IMG/VR virus record: IMGVR_UViG_3300043112_000063
Location: 1-64,000 of that record
Length of the DNA stretch: 64,000 bases
From: a virus
Direction: 5' to 3' (one strand)
Below are positions 8,269 through 19,069 of the stretch, one piece after another; the stretch's first letter is position 1, and every line of letters begins with the position of its first letter. Both the position numbers and the translations under genes were made by a program. The notes under the pieces are model-generated. The model worked only from the letters and a program-made list of their open reading frames with translations. It did no database searches and was not told the DNA's origin.

Positions 8269-8297
8269 TTTACATTGAATGAAAAATATGGTATAAT
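8269..8297 (+). promoter_or_regulatory. Sigma-A promoter TTTACA-17-TATAAT (extended -10) for the packaging/structural operon
   Basis: Consensus match; divergent partner at 8007-8035. Confidence 0.75.
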
Positions 8298-8337
8298 ATA
8301 TGTAAGAGAAAATAGATACATCTGTGAAGACTGGTAG

Positions 8338-8937
8338 GTGACGTTAGTGGGGGAAAACAATAAAACTGAAAAAAGACAAGTAATTGATATAGAAACTAAC
8401 GAAACTATTTTAGTGGACGTAGATTCTAGTAAAATAATTTCTAAAGAAGACCAAGAGAAGAGAAGTTTAATTTATAGAAGAAAAGTAGAACCATATTTAA
8501 ACGATATTATTAAGTGGAGGCACGAAGGGAAAGGAACTACACAGATTTCAGAATTGTTAGACATTAGCCCTTCTTCTTTTTTGTTATATAGGAAAAACGT
8601 ACCAGAGTTAAAAGATGCTTGGGATTTAGGAACACAGTTATTAGGCGATTCTATTGAAAATTCTATGTTTAACGAAGCACAAGGGTACACATATCAAGAA
8701 GACGCCCTAACTAAAACAGGGAAGGTTGTTACGCTTAAGAAACACGCTAGAGGTAGTGTAACAGCGGCTAAACTTGTTTTACCAGTACTTAAACCTGCTA
8801 ATTACAAGAAAGATTACCAAGTAACAGGAGAAATTGGCGGAGTAACCTTGGAGGCTATTAAAGCCTTAACTAAAGAGGAGATAAGGAAGTTGTTAAAAGA
8901 TGGACAAGAAGAAGAGACCAAAGACGACAAAGAATAA
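8338..8937 (+). CDS. terS: Terminase small subunit
   Basis: HTH-like N-terminal region; immediately precedes terL. Confidence 0.7.
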   Translation: MTLVGENNKTEKRQVIDIETNETILVDVDSSKIISKEDQEKRSLIYRRKVEPYLNDIIKWRHEGKGTTQISELLDISPSSFLLYRKNVPELKDAWDLGTQLLGDSIENSMFNEAQGYTYQEDALTKTGKVVTLKKHARGSVTAAKLVLPVLKPANYKKDYQVTGEIGGVTLEAIKALTKEEIRKLLKDGQEEETKDDKE

Positions 8938-10852
8938 CGATATTCCTATTAACGAATTAGTAAAAAGTGAAATGTTTAAGGATTACGCCAAAACAATACT
9001 AGCAGAAAAGAGTTTAATGGACTTCACTAAACAAGCTTGGAGCATTATAGAGCCTGGCGTTGAGTTTAAAGATAACTGGCATTTACATTACTTAGAGGAA
9101 GAGTTATTACTTTTAGTAATTGATGATATAGAAAATATATTATTAGAAGAACATACACAGGAATACATAGACCATTTAAAGACAGATGTTTTTAATACAA
9201 GACTTAATATTAACATACCACCACGTACAATGAAATCATTATTTATCAATGTATTTTTCCCTTGTTGGGTTTGGATTCACAATCCATCTAAAAAATTCAT
9301 TACTGTATCTTATGCTAAAGATTTATCAATGAGTTTAAACCAAAAAAGACGGGAAATTATAGAAAGTGATTGGTATCAAAGTCGTTGGGGAGACCGTGTA
9401 AAATTAAAGGACGAACAGAACACAAAAACGTCATTTGAGAACACAAGACAGGGAATAATGTTCAGTACATCTATCGGCGGAACCTTGACTGGTAAGGGTG
9501 GAGATATTATTTTATTGGATAAGCAAAAGCTTGATTTTGGTCACTCCACAATAAATATTAAAGATTGTAAAATTGTCCCTTATATTAGAGATAATATTCG
9601 AATAACTATGTGAACGTATATAAAAACGGTGTTTCTACATAACAAAAAATAAGTAGAAGCTAACGGGGAAACCGTAATATTATAAATATCGGTAATTCCG
9701 TGCCAAGTACGAAGAATAAAACTCCGTAAAGGTGTATCGACTATTCCGAAAGGAAGTACAGTAGAGATTAATACTACTGGAAGCGCATAGCAACAGAAAT
9801 GTTGATGATATAGTCAGTACCATTAGTAATAATGGATAGATACGGATTTACAAAACCCAAAACAAGCAGAGTCAGAGGCAGATAGAAAATCAGCTATTAA
9901 CTTCTTTAGACAAACACTTCCTACACGTTTAAATGACTTTGAAAAAGGTATTATTGTTAACATACAGCAACGTTTACACTATAACGATGTTAGTGGCTTT
10001 ATTATAGAGAATTATGACCATTATAAAACCATAGTATTACCTTCCGAAACTTCAGAAGATAGATATTATGTATCACCAATTTCACAAAAAACACATAAAT
10101 ATAAATCTGGAACTGTTTTGTGGCCGAATAGAATGCCACCTAGTTGGATTAAAATGATTAAGAAAGAACAGGGTTCCAGAACATATAATGCACAGTTCTT
10201 ACAAGACCCTACACCACCTGGAGGATTCTTAATAAACACAGGTTGGTTTAGAAGATGGAAGAATTTACCTATATTTAACGAAGAATTAATGAAAAAGAGA
10301 AAAGACAAGTACAAAATAATTATGGCTTGGGATATGAACTTTAAAAAGAAAGTTGGCGCCGATAATGTTGCTTGTAGTGTTTTCTTAACAGATTTCGTTA
10401 CTACTTATCTTATAGATAAATTCGAAGAACAAGTAGGATTTATAGAAACTTTAGATGAAGTAACAAAAATGAAAGACAAATGGGAATTTATTTTGTTTAA
10501 ATCTAAAGTAAGTGTTCCTATAGAAATAATTATAGAGGACAAAGCAAACGGACCAGCAATTATGGAAGTACTTCAGTTAAAAATTCCTGGAATTCTTCCT
10601 ATTACACCAGTAGAAGATAAAGTAACTAGAATGACATCTATTACGACATTTATAGAAGCGGGAAATGTATTAGTACCGTCTTTAGATACAAGTGACGCAT
10701 TAGTAAAACATTCTTGGTTGCCTGACGCATTAGAAGAATTAGCAAAATTCCCTAATGTACAACACGATGACTTTTCGGATTCATTCTCTATTGGTTTAAG
10801 ACGTATTTATGTTGAACCATCGTCAAAAAGAAAACCTATGCGAATATTTTAA
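8900..10852 (+). CDS. terL: Terminase large subunit, join(8900..9520,9845..10852)
   Basis: Walker A PPRTMKS; splicing restores GGDIILLD/DLQNPK (Walker B); QQRLH motif; C-terminal FPNVQHDD. Confidence 0.92.
9521..9844 (+). mobile_element. Group I intron in terL (324 nt, no endonuclease ORF)
   Basis: 5' exon ends in U, intron ends in G; GCTAACGGGGAA, CGACTA and GATATAGTC core elements; removal restores the frame. Confidence 0.9.
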
Positions 10853-10890
10853 CATAAATACAAAAATTACGAATAGAAGGAGGGATAATT

Positions 10891-12201
10891 TTGGGAAAAG
10901 GACTTTTAAGTTTAACCACAGAAGCCGCATTTAGTGTTTTAAATAAATCACTTAAAAATAGCGGAGCGTTTACTAAGTACTTTGTAACAAAAAGAGCCGA
11001 ACCACCAGCAAGAAATACAAAAGAGTGGCTAAAAAGATTTACCGAAAGCCCACGTTTAAGTCCTGTTGGAAAGATGGCTATTGACATTGCTACTACAAAA
11101 GGTAAAGTAGTCAAAGTACAAAAGAACGGTGTGGTTAAAGAACAAGATAATCACCCATTGTTAGATTTATTATACAAACCAAACGAAGAATTTAATTTAA
11201 CAGGAACAACAAGTTTATACTTGTGTCAGTTATTTTATTTAATTAAAGGTGAAGCCTTCGGTATTATAGAAAGAGATTTAGAGGGTTTACCTGGAAAATT
11301 AATGTTTGTTCCGCCAAACTGGGTTACATTACCATCAAAGGAAGAAGAAAAATATAAAATAGACGTTCCTCAAGGACAAACGTTCTATGTACACCCAGAT
11401 GATATGTTTTATAGAAAAAACCCTAACCCAGCAAATCCGTCAGGACGCGGTATTGGTAGAGTAGAAGCATTATCGGACGAAATAGATACAGATGAATTCA
11501 TGGCTAAATATGCTAAAACGTTTTTCTATAACGACGCAACACCAAACTTAGTTATTACAGCACCAGATAACGCTTCAGACGAAGAGATTAAAAAATCTGA
11601 ACGTAAATGGTTTCAAAAATTCGGTGGTTTCTTAAATAGTAGTAGAGCGGCATTCCTTAATTGGGACGCAAAAATACAACTACTAAATACTTCAAATAGA
11701 GAAATGGACTTTATTGAATCCAGAAAGTTTTATAGAGATTTAGTTGGTCAGTTCTTTGGTATTCCACCAGAAATTATGGGTAATGTAGAAAACAGTAATA
11801 AAGCAACTGTTGTTGCAGCCCGTGATATTTATAGAAATGAAGTATTAAATCCAATGTTTATTGAATTTGAAGAAGCTATTACTTGGCAATTACTTAGAAA
11901 GTATCCAAATTCAGAAAACTTAATGTTTGTTTTTGAAAGAAAAGAAGAAGACAACGACGAATTCCAACTTAAAGTGCTTAATCAATCTTTTGAAAGAGGC
12001 GGATTAACAGTTGGAGAATATAGAATTGGTGTTAGTAAACTTTTAAAACACGATTTAGAACCATTTGACGACGAGTTGAACGATAGTTTAATTATACCTA
12101 GTAATAAAATGGTTATAAATACAAAAAAACCACTCAAGGAGCAATTAGAAGAACAAAGGGCTACAAGTGGTAATAATAATGGAGGTAAAGATGATGAGTA
12201 A
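10891..12201 (+). CDS. HK97-family portal protein
   Basis: HPLLDLLYKPN, FFYNDATP, FGIPPEIMG motifs; synteny. Confidence 0.9.
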   Translation: MGKGLLSLTTEAAFSVLNKSLKNSGAFTKYFVTKRAEPPARNTKEWLKRFTESPRLSPVGKMAIDIATTKGKVVKVQKNGVVKEQDNHPLLDLLYKPNEEFNLTGTTSLYLCQLFYLIKGEAFGIIERDLEGLPGKLMFVPPNWVTLPSKEEEKYKIDVPQGQTFYVHPDDMFYRKNPNPANPSGRGIGRVEALSDEIDTDEFMAKYAKTFFYNDATPNLVITAPDNASDEEIKKSERKWFQKFGGFLNSSRAAFLNWDAKIQLLNTSNREMDFIESRKFYRDLVGQFFGIPPEIMGNVENSNKATVVAARDIYRNEVLNPMFIEFEEAITWQLLRKYPNSENLMFVFERKEEDNDEFQLKVLNQSFERGGLTVGEYRIGVSKLLKHDLEPFDDELNDSLIIPSNKMVINTKKPLKEQLEEQRATSGNNNGGKDDE

Positions 12202-13300
12202 CACACCTAAAAGGTATAACGAACTCCGTAAAGGAGAGAATTATTCTTTAAATGTGAAAGCCGTTTCCGTTAATGATGCAGAATACACACTAAAGTTTGT
12301 TGGTAGTTCAGAAACTCCTGATAGACACGGTGATATTGTAAAATCAGACGGATGGAAATTAGATGCTTACAAAGCCAACCCTGTTTTCTTATGGGGACAC
12401 GACCACCGACAATTACCAATAGGTAAGGCTGTCAATGTTCAAGTCAACAGTAAAGAAAAAAGGTTAGAATTTGATATTAAGTTTGCTGTAGAAGAATATG
12501 CTTTTGCCGCAACTGTTTACAAATTGTTTAAAAGTGGTTTTTTGAATGCAACTAGTGTTGGATTTATGGTTTTAGACTATGAATATGACGAAAACGAAGA
12601 TGCTTTTATACTTAAAGAAAACGAATTACTTGAATTATCGGCTGTTACTGTACCAGCAAACCCAGATGCTTTAATATTAAACAGTGCTAAAGGATTGTTT
12701 AATGAAAGAGATGTAGAAAGATTAAAACAAGAGGGTATGTTGAAATCAGTAATTAAAGAAATTGAAGAATTAATCAAAGAAGAAAAGGAACAAGAGACAA
12801 CAACTGAGGAAGACACAGAAACACCTACTGAAAATAAAGAATCAGAAAGTAACGATTCTGAAAATGATGTAGAAGAAAACAAAGATGCCGAAACAGAAGA
12901 AACAAACGAAACAGAGGAAACAAATGATAAAGATGTTGATTCTGATGAAGGTACAGAGGAAAACAAAGATGTCGATACGGACGAAGAATTTGAAAACGAA
13001 ACGGTAGAAAACGGTGCGTCAGAACTTGCTGAATTAGAGGTAGGAGATGACGAAACTAAAGAATTAATTGAAGAAGTTAAAAGTTTAGTTGAAAAAGTAA
13101 ACGTATTAACTGATTTAGTTAAAGAAATTATTACTACTAAGGAATCGAAAGATTCTGAAAATAATAGTGATGAGGACATCACAGAAAACCAAGACGAAGA
13201 CAATACGGAAAAAGAAGTTGAAACTGATACGGAACCATCAGAAGAAGACGTAATTTCTAAATTGGCAAAAATCTTTGGTTTGAAAAAAGAAGTCGAGTAG
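12191..13300 (+). CDS. HK97-family prohead protease with long acidic C-terminal tail
   Basis: DRHGDIV, LWGHD, SVGF, ELSAVTVPANP; ATG after GGAGG. Confidence 0.9.
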   Translation: MMSNTPKRYNELRKGENYSLNVKAVSVNDAEYTLKFVGSSETPDRHGDIVKSDGWKLDAYKANPVFLWGHDHRQLPIGKAVNVQVNSKEKRLEFDIKFAVEEYAFAATVYKLFKSGFLNATSVGFMVLDYEYDENEDAFILKENELLELSAVTVPANPDALILNSAKGLFNERDVERLKQEGMLKSVIKEIEELIKEEKEQETTTEEDTETPTENKESESNDSENDVEENKDAETEETNETEETNDKDVDSDEGTEENKDVDTDEEFENETVENGASELAELEVGDDETKELIEEVKSLVEKVNVLTDLVKEIITTKESKDSENNSDEDITENQDEDNTEKEVETDTEPSEEDVISKLAKIFGLKKEVE

Positions 13301-13333
13301 AACTTCACAAAATATAGGAGGACTAAAAACAAA

Positions 13334-14512
13334 ATGGAAAAAGATGTTATGGAAAAATTACAAGTTCTTGTTGACAACGCTGTTGAAAAACACATGAACG
13401 GAAAAAATTATAGCAAACTTTTAGCGAATAAAGAAGAAGAAAATACTAACCGTTTCAATAGAAGTGGCGAAAAAGGTATTATGTTCGCTCGTTTCGCTAA
13501 AGCTGCTTTATTCACACAACGTGAAATCATGGCTGGGAACAGCAAAGCATCAGCAAATCCTGCAAAATTCCAAGAAGATTTCTTGAGAAAAGGATATGCT
13601 AAAGACGAACAATTCATTAATAAATTAGACAAAGCTTTAACTCAAGACGGAGACGGTGGATTATTAGTACCTGAGATTTATTCTGACGAATTTATTGAAT
13701 TACTATATAATAAAACTGTTGTTACTGAAATGGGAGCAACCATTATTCCAATGGAAAAAGGAAATATTAGTATTAACAAACTTATCGGTGGACTTACTGC
13801 ACAATATATTCCTGAAGGTGGAGCTGCTTCATTTACTGACATTTCTTTAGGTAGAGTTAGATTAAGTTCTAAAAAATTAATGGCATTAACTGCATTAAGT
13901 AATGATATCTTAAGAACAAACTCTTACTACGCTGACCGTATTGTGTTAAACGATATGATGGAAGCAATGGTACAAGCAATGGATTATGCAGCATTATATG
14001 GAACTGGTGGAGAAGATGCACCATTAGGTATTGCAAACACATCAGATATTCAAAAAGATACTGTAGCAGCTGCAGCAACTCGTAGCAAATTCGTTGAAAT
14101 CAAAGCTTTACTTGGTAAGAAAAATATTAACCTTTCTGACCCAACAGTTGGATGGGTAATCGGTTGGGATACTTGGGAACACCTAGTTGACGAACGCGAT
14201 AACGGAGAAGGACTTATTAACCGCGAATTATCAGAACGTGGAACAATGTTAGGACACAAAGTATTAGTTTCTAACCAAGTTAGAACTAGTGGCGGAACAA
14301 CTGACGTATTCTTCGGAAAATGGAATGACTTGTTAATTGGTGAAGAGTTTAAAGTTGAAATCGCAATGGACGGTAGTACAACATTTACCGATACTGATGG
14401 TAATAGTATTAATGCATTCACAAATGACTTTATCGTTTATAGAGCAATTATGAAACACGATATGAAACTTTCACGTGGTGTATCATTTGTTAAATACGTA
14501 TTCAACGCATAA
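13334..14512 (+). CDS. Major capsid protein (HK97 fold)
   Basis: DGGLLVPE motif, size and synteny. Confidence 0.9.
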   Translation: MEKDVMEKLQVLVDNAVEKHMNGKNYSKLLANKEEENTNRFNRSGEKGIMFARFAKAALFTQREIMAGNSKASANPAKFQEDFLRKGYAKDEQFINKLDKALTQDGDGGLLVPEIYSDEFIELLYNKTVVTEMGATIIPMEKGNISINKLIGGLTAQYIPEGGAASFTDISLGRVRLSSKKLMALTALSNDILRTNSYYADRIVLNDMMEAMVQAMDYAALYGTGGEDAPLGIANTSDIQKDTVAAAATRSKFVEIKALLGKKNINLSDPTVGWVIGWDTWEHLVDERDNGEGLINRELSERGTMLGHKVLVSNQVRTSGGTTDVFFGKWNDLLIGEEFKVEIAMDGSTTFTDTDGNSINAFTNDFIVYRAIMKHDMKLSRGVSFVKYVFNA

Positions 14513-14602
14513 GATTGAGATTTAACATTACGTTAGATTAACATAAAAAAGTTGAGCCGCCATTGAGTGGCAAACAAAAAAACATAGGAGGAAAAAACCA
14601 AA

Positions 14603-15019
14603 ATGAAAAGATTATTTAATTTAGATAGAGTAGATTTACAAGTTGGTGTAGTTGATACAACTGCAGCAGTAGGAGATGTAAATGGTTCTGCTATCGATTC
14701 ATTAAACTATAATAGTGGTATTGCATTGTTTAACCTTGTTAATACAACTGTTCAAACTGACTATTCAATTAAGTTACAACACAAAGACGCAGAAGCAGAC
14801 GATTGGGCAGATGTTGACACTGATTTAGTAGCATTGGTTACTGGTTCAATTACAGATAGCGAAGCTACAGAAAAAATCGAAATTCCTTTCAACAGTTTAA
14901 AACGTTATGTACGTGTTGTTGCTACATTAGCTGAAAACGCTGCAGATTCAGCTGTAATCGCTTATGCTCTTGGAGATAAAGATTACGTAGCGTCAGCAAC
15001 AGACTTTTTAGATAATTAA
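14603..15019 (+). CDS. Putative head decoration protein
   Basis: Follows the capsid gene; KRYVRVV beta-rich motif. Confidence 0.55.
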   Translation: MKRLFNLDRVDLQVGVVDTTAAVGDVNGSAIDSLNYNSGIALFNLVNTTVQTDYSIKLQHKDAEADDWADVDTDLVALVTGSITDSEATEKIEIPFNSLKRYVRVVATLAENAADSAVIAYALGDKDYVASATDFLDN

Positions 15020-15236
15020 TACACTTAATTGTGTACAGTGAACAAAAAATTAAAGTACTGGGCGTCTTCAACAACGCCCTAGACTTTAATAATCTGAACC
15101 TAAAACAGTTACGTGAAATAGCTGAAAAAGAGGAAATCGAAATTCCTCCAAAATATATACACGTAGACGAAATTCAAGAGTACTTATATCTTAGGTATAT
15201 GTATGGAGAACTAGGTTCTACATTTGGAGGTATAAA

Positions 15237-15878
15237 ATGGCTGAAAATCTAATTGATACAGCTTTAACAACGTTAGATAGAGTTAAAGATGAATTGGGAA
15301 TTGAATTAACAGACGATTCTTCTGATGATAAATTAATTCGTTATATCAACGAGGCTACTGCTTTTGTTGAAGACTTTACTGATAGAACTTTTGGTGAAGT
15401 TGAAGGCAAAGAAGAGTTTTTATCTGGTTCCGCAGATAATTATTTGTTATTGAACAATAGACCAATAATTAAAATTAATTCTATTACGATGAATGGCTCA
15501 GAAATAACAGATTTTTTGGTCGACCCTGATGACTACGCCAGAGGTATGATATACAGAGAGCGTGGTTGGCACAAATCAACTTATTTAGTTGGATTAGCTG
15601 GAGACCAATTTGGTGAAAAGCGTTCAATCTTAGTTAATTATGACTATGGTTATGTTTTACCAAAGGACGCCACAACAGAAAAAGCACAGACATTACCGAG
15701 AAGTCTTGAAGCAGTTGTTATTAAGCTGGTATCATTAAAACACAAAGAAAATTCTAGAGATAGTTATGGACTTAAAGAATTAAAACAAGGAAGATTAACT
15801 CTTAAGTTTAGTAACAGTATGCTAGAGGACAACGATTTGAATATACTTAATAAATATAAACAAGTAGGAGTGTGGTAA
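15237..15878 (+). CDS. Head-tail connector (gp6-like)
   Basis: LTTLDRVKDELG...DDKLIRYI; synteny. Confidence 0.75.
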   Translation: MAENLIDTALTTLDRVKDELGIELTDDSSDDKLIRYINEATAFVEDFTDRTFGEVEGKEEFLSGSADNYLLLNNRPIIKINSITMNGSEITDFLVDPDDYARGMIYRERGWHKSTYLVGLAGDQFGEKRSILVNYDYGYVLPKDATTEKAQTLPRSLEAVVIKLVSLKHKENSRDSYGLKELKQGRLTLKFSNSMLEDNDLNILNKYKQVGVW

Positions 15879-16123
15879 CAGTGAAATACATATTTATACA
15901 AGACTTGCATCTCGTTACTAAAAATAAGAATCAATACTATAAAAAAGGACAACAAGTAGAATTCACAGAAGAAGAAGCACTACCATACATTAGTATGGGA
16001 GCTTTAACTAAAAGTGTAACTACTGTTCGTTCTCTAAAAGAAGAACTAGATAATTTAGGTGTAGAATATCCAAGTAATGCCCGCAAATCAGAGTTACAAG
16101 AACTTTATGACGGTGCTCAATGA
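15872..16123 (+). CDS. Small protein with HeH/LEM-like C-terminus
   Basis: TVRSLKEELDNLGVEYPSNARKSEL. Confidence 0.6.
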   Translation: MVTVKYIFIQDLHLVTKNKNQYYKKGQQVEFTEEEALPYISMGALTKSVTTVRSLKEELDNLGVEYPSNARKSELQELYDGAQ

Positions 16124-16443
16124 TACTGGATTCAAAAGCAGATTTCTACACACCTTCCGGAAAAGAAAAAACAAGTGAAGGTAAACTAAGAACTCTTGCT
16201 CCTGTTAAATACTTAGAAGATATAAAATGTAACATACAATTTGATGATGGACATCTTACTTTTGAAAAGTTTGGCGTAACAGCAAGTAATAATGACGCAT
16301 TTCTTTATGTTGAGGACAAACGTGTTCTGGATGCAAAAAGAATGGACAACGTTATTGTTGATGGAAATGTTAAGTACGAGATAGAAAAAGTAATTCCATA
16401 CAGTACACATATAGAAATAATATTAAATGAGGTTGTTAGTTAA
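16120..16443 (+). CDS. Putative head closure protein
   Basis: Size and synteny. Confidence 0.6.
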   Translation: MILDSKADFYTPSGKEKTSEGKLRTLAPVKYLEDIKCNIQFDDGHLTFEKFGVTASNNDAFLYVEDKRVLDAKRMDNVIVDGNVKYEIEKVIPYSTHIEIILNEVVS

Positions 16444-16919
16444 TGGCTAAGCATGGGATGCGTGTTTATTCCAGAAAAACTGGAAAGCCTGGATTTAGTA
16501 ATCTATATACTAAGTTTAGTAACTACCAAAAAAATGGGGACAAAGTAGCAGTAAATGTAACCAGAGAGGTAGCAAAAAACATTAGATTAGATACTAGACG
16601 TAATATTAAGGAAAGATTAGAAAGACAATCTGGAGAATTGTATCAATCTGCTTACTTTAGAAGAAGGTATAGAATATTACCTACTTACGAAGTTGGTGTT
16701 GGTGCAGAGTACGCAGAATTTCCTGAATTTGGTACTGGTGAACATAATATTTTCGGTAGAGGAAGAAAAGAGTCTTGGGTTTATCGAAGTGAGTCAACGG
16801 GCTTATTTGTTACGACAACTGGACAGGAATCTCAAATGTTCTTCAATGATGCATTAGAAAATAATTTAGGTAGGTATCCAGACCTACTAAAAGTTGAAAT
16901 GGGGAGGATGCTTAGATGA
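16443..16919 (+). CDS. HK97 gp10-like tail/neck protein
   Basis: SGEL...YAEFPEFGT motif. Confidence 0.75.
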   Translation: MAKHGMRVYSRKTGKPGFSNLYTKFSNYQKNGDKVAVNVTREVAKNIRLDTRRNIKERLERQSGELYQSAYFRRRYRILPTYEVGVGAEYAEFPEFGTGEHNIFGRGRKESWVYRSESTGLFVTTTGQESQMFFNDALENNLGRYPDLLKVEMGRMLR

Positions 16920-17320
16920 CACCACAAGAAGAGCTTTACCAAGCACTTAGTACAAATGCTGGTGTACTTGAGTATCTACCAGCAGAAAGAATAGTTAGTG
17001 AATTTCCAACAACAGCAATGTTTGGTTCGGAAACACTAAATCAACACTTTCCAAGGTTAACTTTTACCTTGGCGGATAGGAAACATTCATTATATACGGA
17101 TAATACACCAATATTAGATACATTGCAGTTTGATGTAGACATTTGGTTAATTGACGATATACTTGTTAACTATTCATTAAACACAATTAAATTGGAAGTA
17201 GATAAAACTATGTTATCGTTAGGTTACTCGAAAGTAAGTGAAGAAGAAAGACGTGTAATTGCTGACAAAATAAGTCACCTATCATTATCATATGTTAAAG
17301 AATTTCCATCAAACTTATAG
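16916..17320 (+). CDS. Tail terminator/completion protein
   Basis: Synteny; FDVDIW motif. Confidence 0.65.
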   Translation: MTPQEELYQALSTNAGVLEYLPAERIVSEFPTTAMFGSETLNQHFPRLTFTLADRKHSLYTDNTPILDTLQFDVDIWLIDDILVNYSLNTIKLEVDKTMLSLGYSKVSEEERRVIADKISHLSLSYVKEFPSNL

Positions 17321-17333
17321 GAGGAATAAATAA

Positions 17334-18236
17334 ATGAAAGACACTCAAAAAGTAAGAATTGGGGTTAAGAATTTACATTTCGCAATCCTTAACTCAGATA
17401 CAGCGTCTGGATTGGCTTATGAAACTCCATATAAAGTTCCAGGACTTATCAAAATTGATACTACACCAGGAACAAATGTGGATACATTGTACGCAGACAA
17501 TAAACCAGCTATCGTTTACTCGACTGTTGGTAGTGTCGAAGTATCAATTGAAAAAGATAGTTTACCAGATGACCTTTTAGCACATATCTTAGGAAGACCT
17601 ACAGAAGGAGCAGTTAACTATGTAACAGGTAACAACAATGCACCTTATGTTGCTGTTATGTTTGAACAAACTTATTCAGATGGAACTTCAAGTTATGTAA
17701 AATTATTTAAAGGTAAATTCACAGAACCTGACAATTCAAACGAAACTAAAAATGGCTCTGTTAATTTCCAAACTGGAACAATTAACGGTTCATTCGTAGC
17801 AACAAACTTTGAGAAAGACTTTGGTTCTGGTAAAAATGAACCATTAGTTATGGCAACAGTTGACGAATCATCAGCAGATTATGCTGGCGAAGGTCTTACT
17901 TGGTTTGACAACGTTTATGAAGCAGAACCAGCATTAGCAATCACACCTTCTGTTTCTGACGGAGATACTGGAGTTTCGGTTAGTACTGACATTACGTTAA
18001 CATCAACAAATGAACTAATCGCTAGTATCGCAACAAATACATCTAGAGTATTTATACTTGAAGATGGTGTAGGAGTTCACGAAAGTGAATTATCAATCGA
18101 CGAAGATAAACTAGTCGTTACTGTATCACCAACTACTAATTTATCATCAACAACAAGTTATACATTAGTTTATAGCTTAAAAGACGTTTACGGACAAGAA
18201 ACTGGTTCAACAGTAGTTAATTTCACAACAGCTTAA
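17334..18236 (+). CDS. Major tail tube protein (phi13-like) with C-terminal Ig-like domain
   Basis: IGVKNLHFA, LYADN, LFKGKF motifs; Big-like C-terminus. Confidence 0.85.
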   Translation: MKDTQKVRIGVKNLHFAILNSDTASGLAYETPYKVPGLIKIDTTPGTNVDTLYADNKPAIVYSTVGSVEVSIEKDSLPDDLLAHILGRPTEGAVNYVTGNNNAPYVAVMFEQTYSDGTSSYVKLFKGKFTEPDNSNETKNGSVNFQTGTINGSFVATNFEKDFGSGKNEPLVMATVDESSADYAGEGLTWFDNVYEAEPALAITPSVSDGDTGVSVSTDITLTSTNELIASIATNTSRVFILEDGVGVHESELSIDEDKLVVTVSPTTNLSSTTSYTLVYSLKDVYGQETGSTVVNFTTA

Positions 18237-18248
18237 CAAATAAATGTT

Positions 18249-18280
18249 GGGAGGTAATATAAAACTTGCCTCCCTTATTT
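18249..18280 (+). terminator. Hairpin terminator GGGAGG...CCTCCC
   Basis: Inverted repeat plus T-rich tail. Confidence 0.6.
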
Positions 18281-18316
18281 ATAAAATAAAATATTGAATG
18301 GGGGAAAACATTTAAA

Positions 18317-19047
18317 ATGAAAGTAAAAAACTTTAAGTTTAGAGACGTACAAGTCTTATCTAAACTAGTAACAAGATTGGAACTTACTAAGGAACAAATT
18401 ACAGAATTAGTAGGTGTATTAACTGGGGCTCAAAACTCAATGCTTTTAACAGAGGCAGAGGTTGAAAAGTACTTATTAGAAAACTTAGAAGCGAAAGAAA
18501 GACGGGAATTATACGAAGAAACAGATGGAGATTTTGACAAGTTAAGAGAAGCTGCCCTTAGTCATAAGGGTGTTTCAACGAGCGCTGGGTTACTTGATGT
18601 AATCTTAAAAGTAGTTGGAATCTTGGCTGAAAAGTTCGACGTAATTATTGATTTTATGGACTACTATTTAGAAGAGTACGACAAAGAACAAATCAAAGAT
18701 ATGGACGAGGACGAATCTGTTGAAGCCTTAATGGCCGTTATAAATAACAAGGGTTTCGCAAAATTCTTCTCCAATTTCTTCAACTCGAAATAAATATTGG
18801 TTGGGACGTTATCGAGGACGTACTGAGACAACGTTATTCCGACATTAATTTTATTTTAGAACAGGAACCAGAGGTTGCAATTAAAAAGATAACTGTGGCT
18901 TATGAACAGTATAACGAAGACAGACTTTTTAATGTGTGGACGCACTCGATGAGTGGTAAATCGTATGCGGATTGGAAGAAGAGTATAAGGGAACAAAACA
19001 AAGATGGAAACAGTTCTGCTACGGGCACTGACCTAGCCCGTATGTAG
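18317..19047 (+). CDS. Tail assembly chaperone G (18317-18793) and -1 frameshift product GT (to 19047)
   Basis: In-frame slippery G GGT TTC at 18751-18757; -1 frame open to TAG at 19047; lies between tail tube and tape measure genes. Confidence 0.8.
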
Positions 19048-19069
19048 ATTACTTGCGGAGGTGTGTTAG

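Noticed and set aside
12577-13395. Long antisense Ser-rich ORFs (also 21535-22329, 24704-25294)
   Set aside because: Shadows of acidic or biased sense-strand genes
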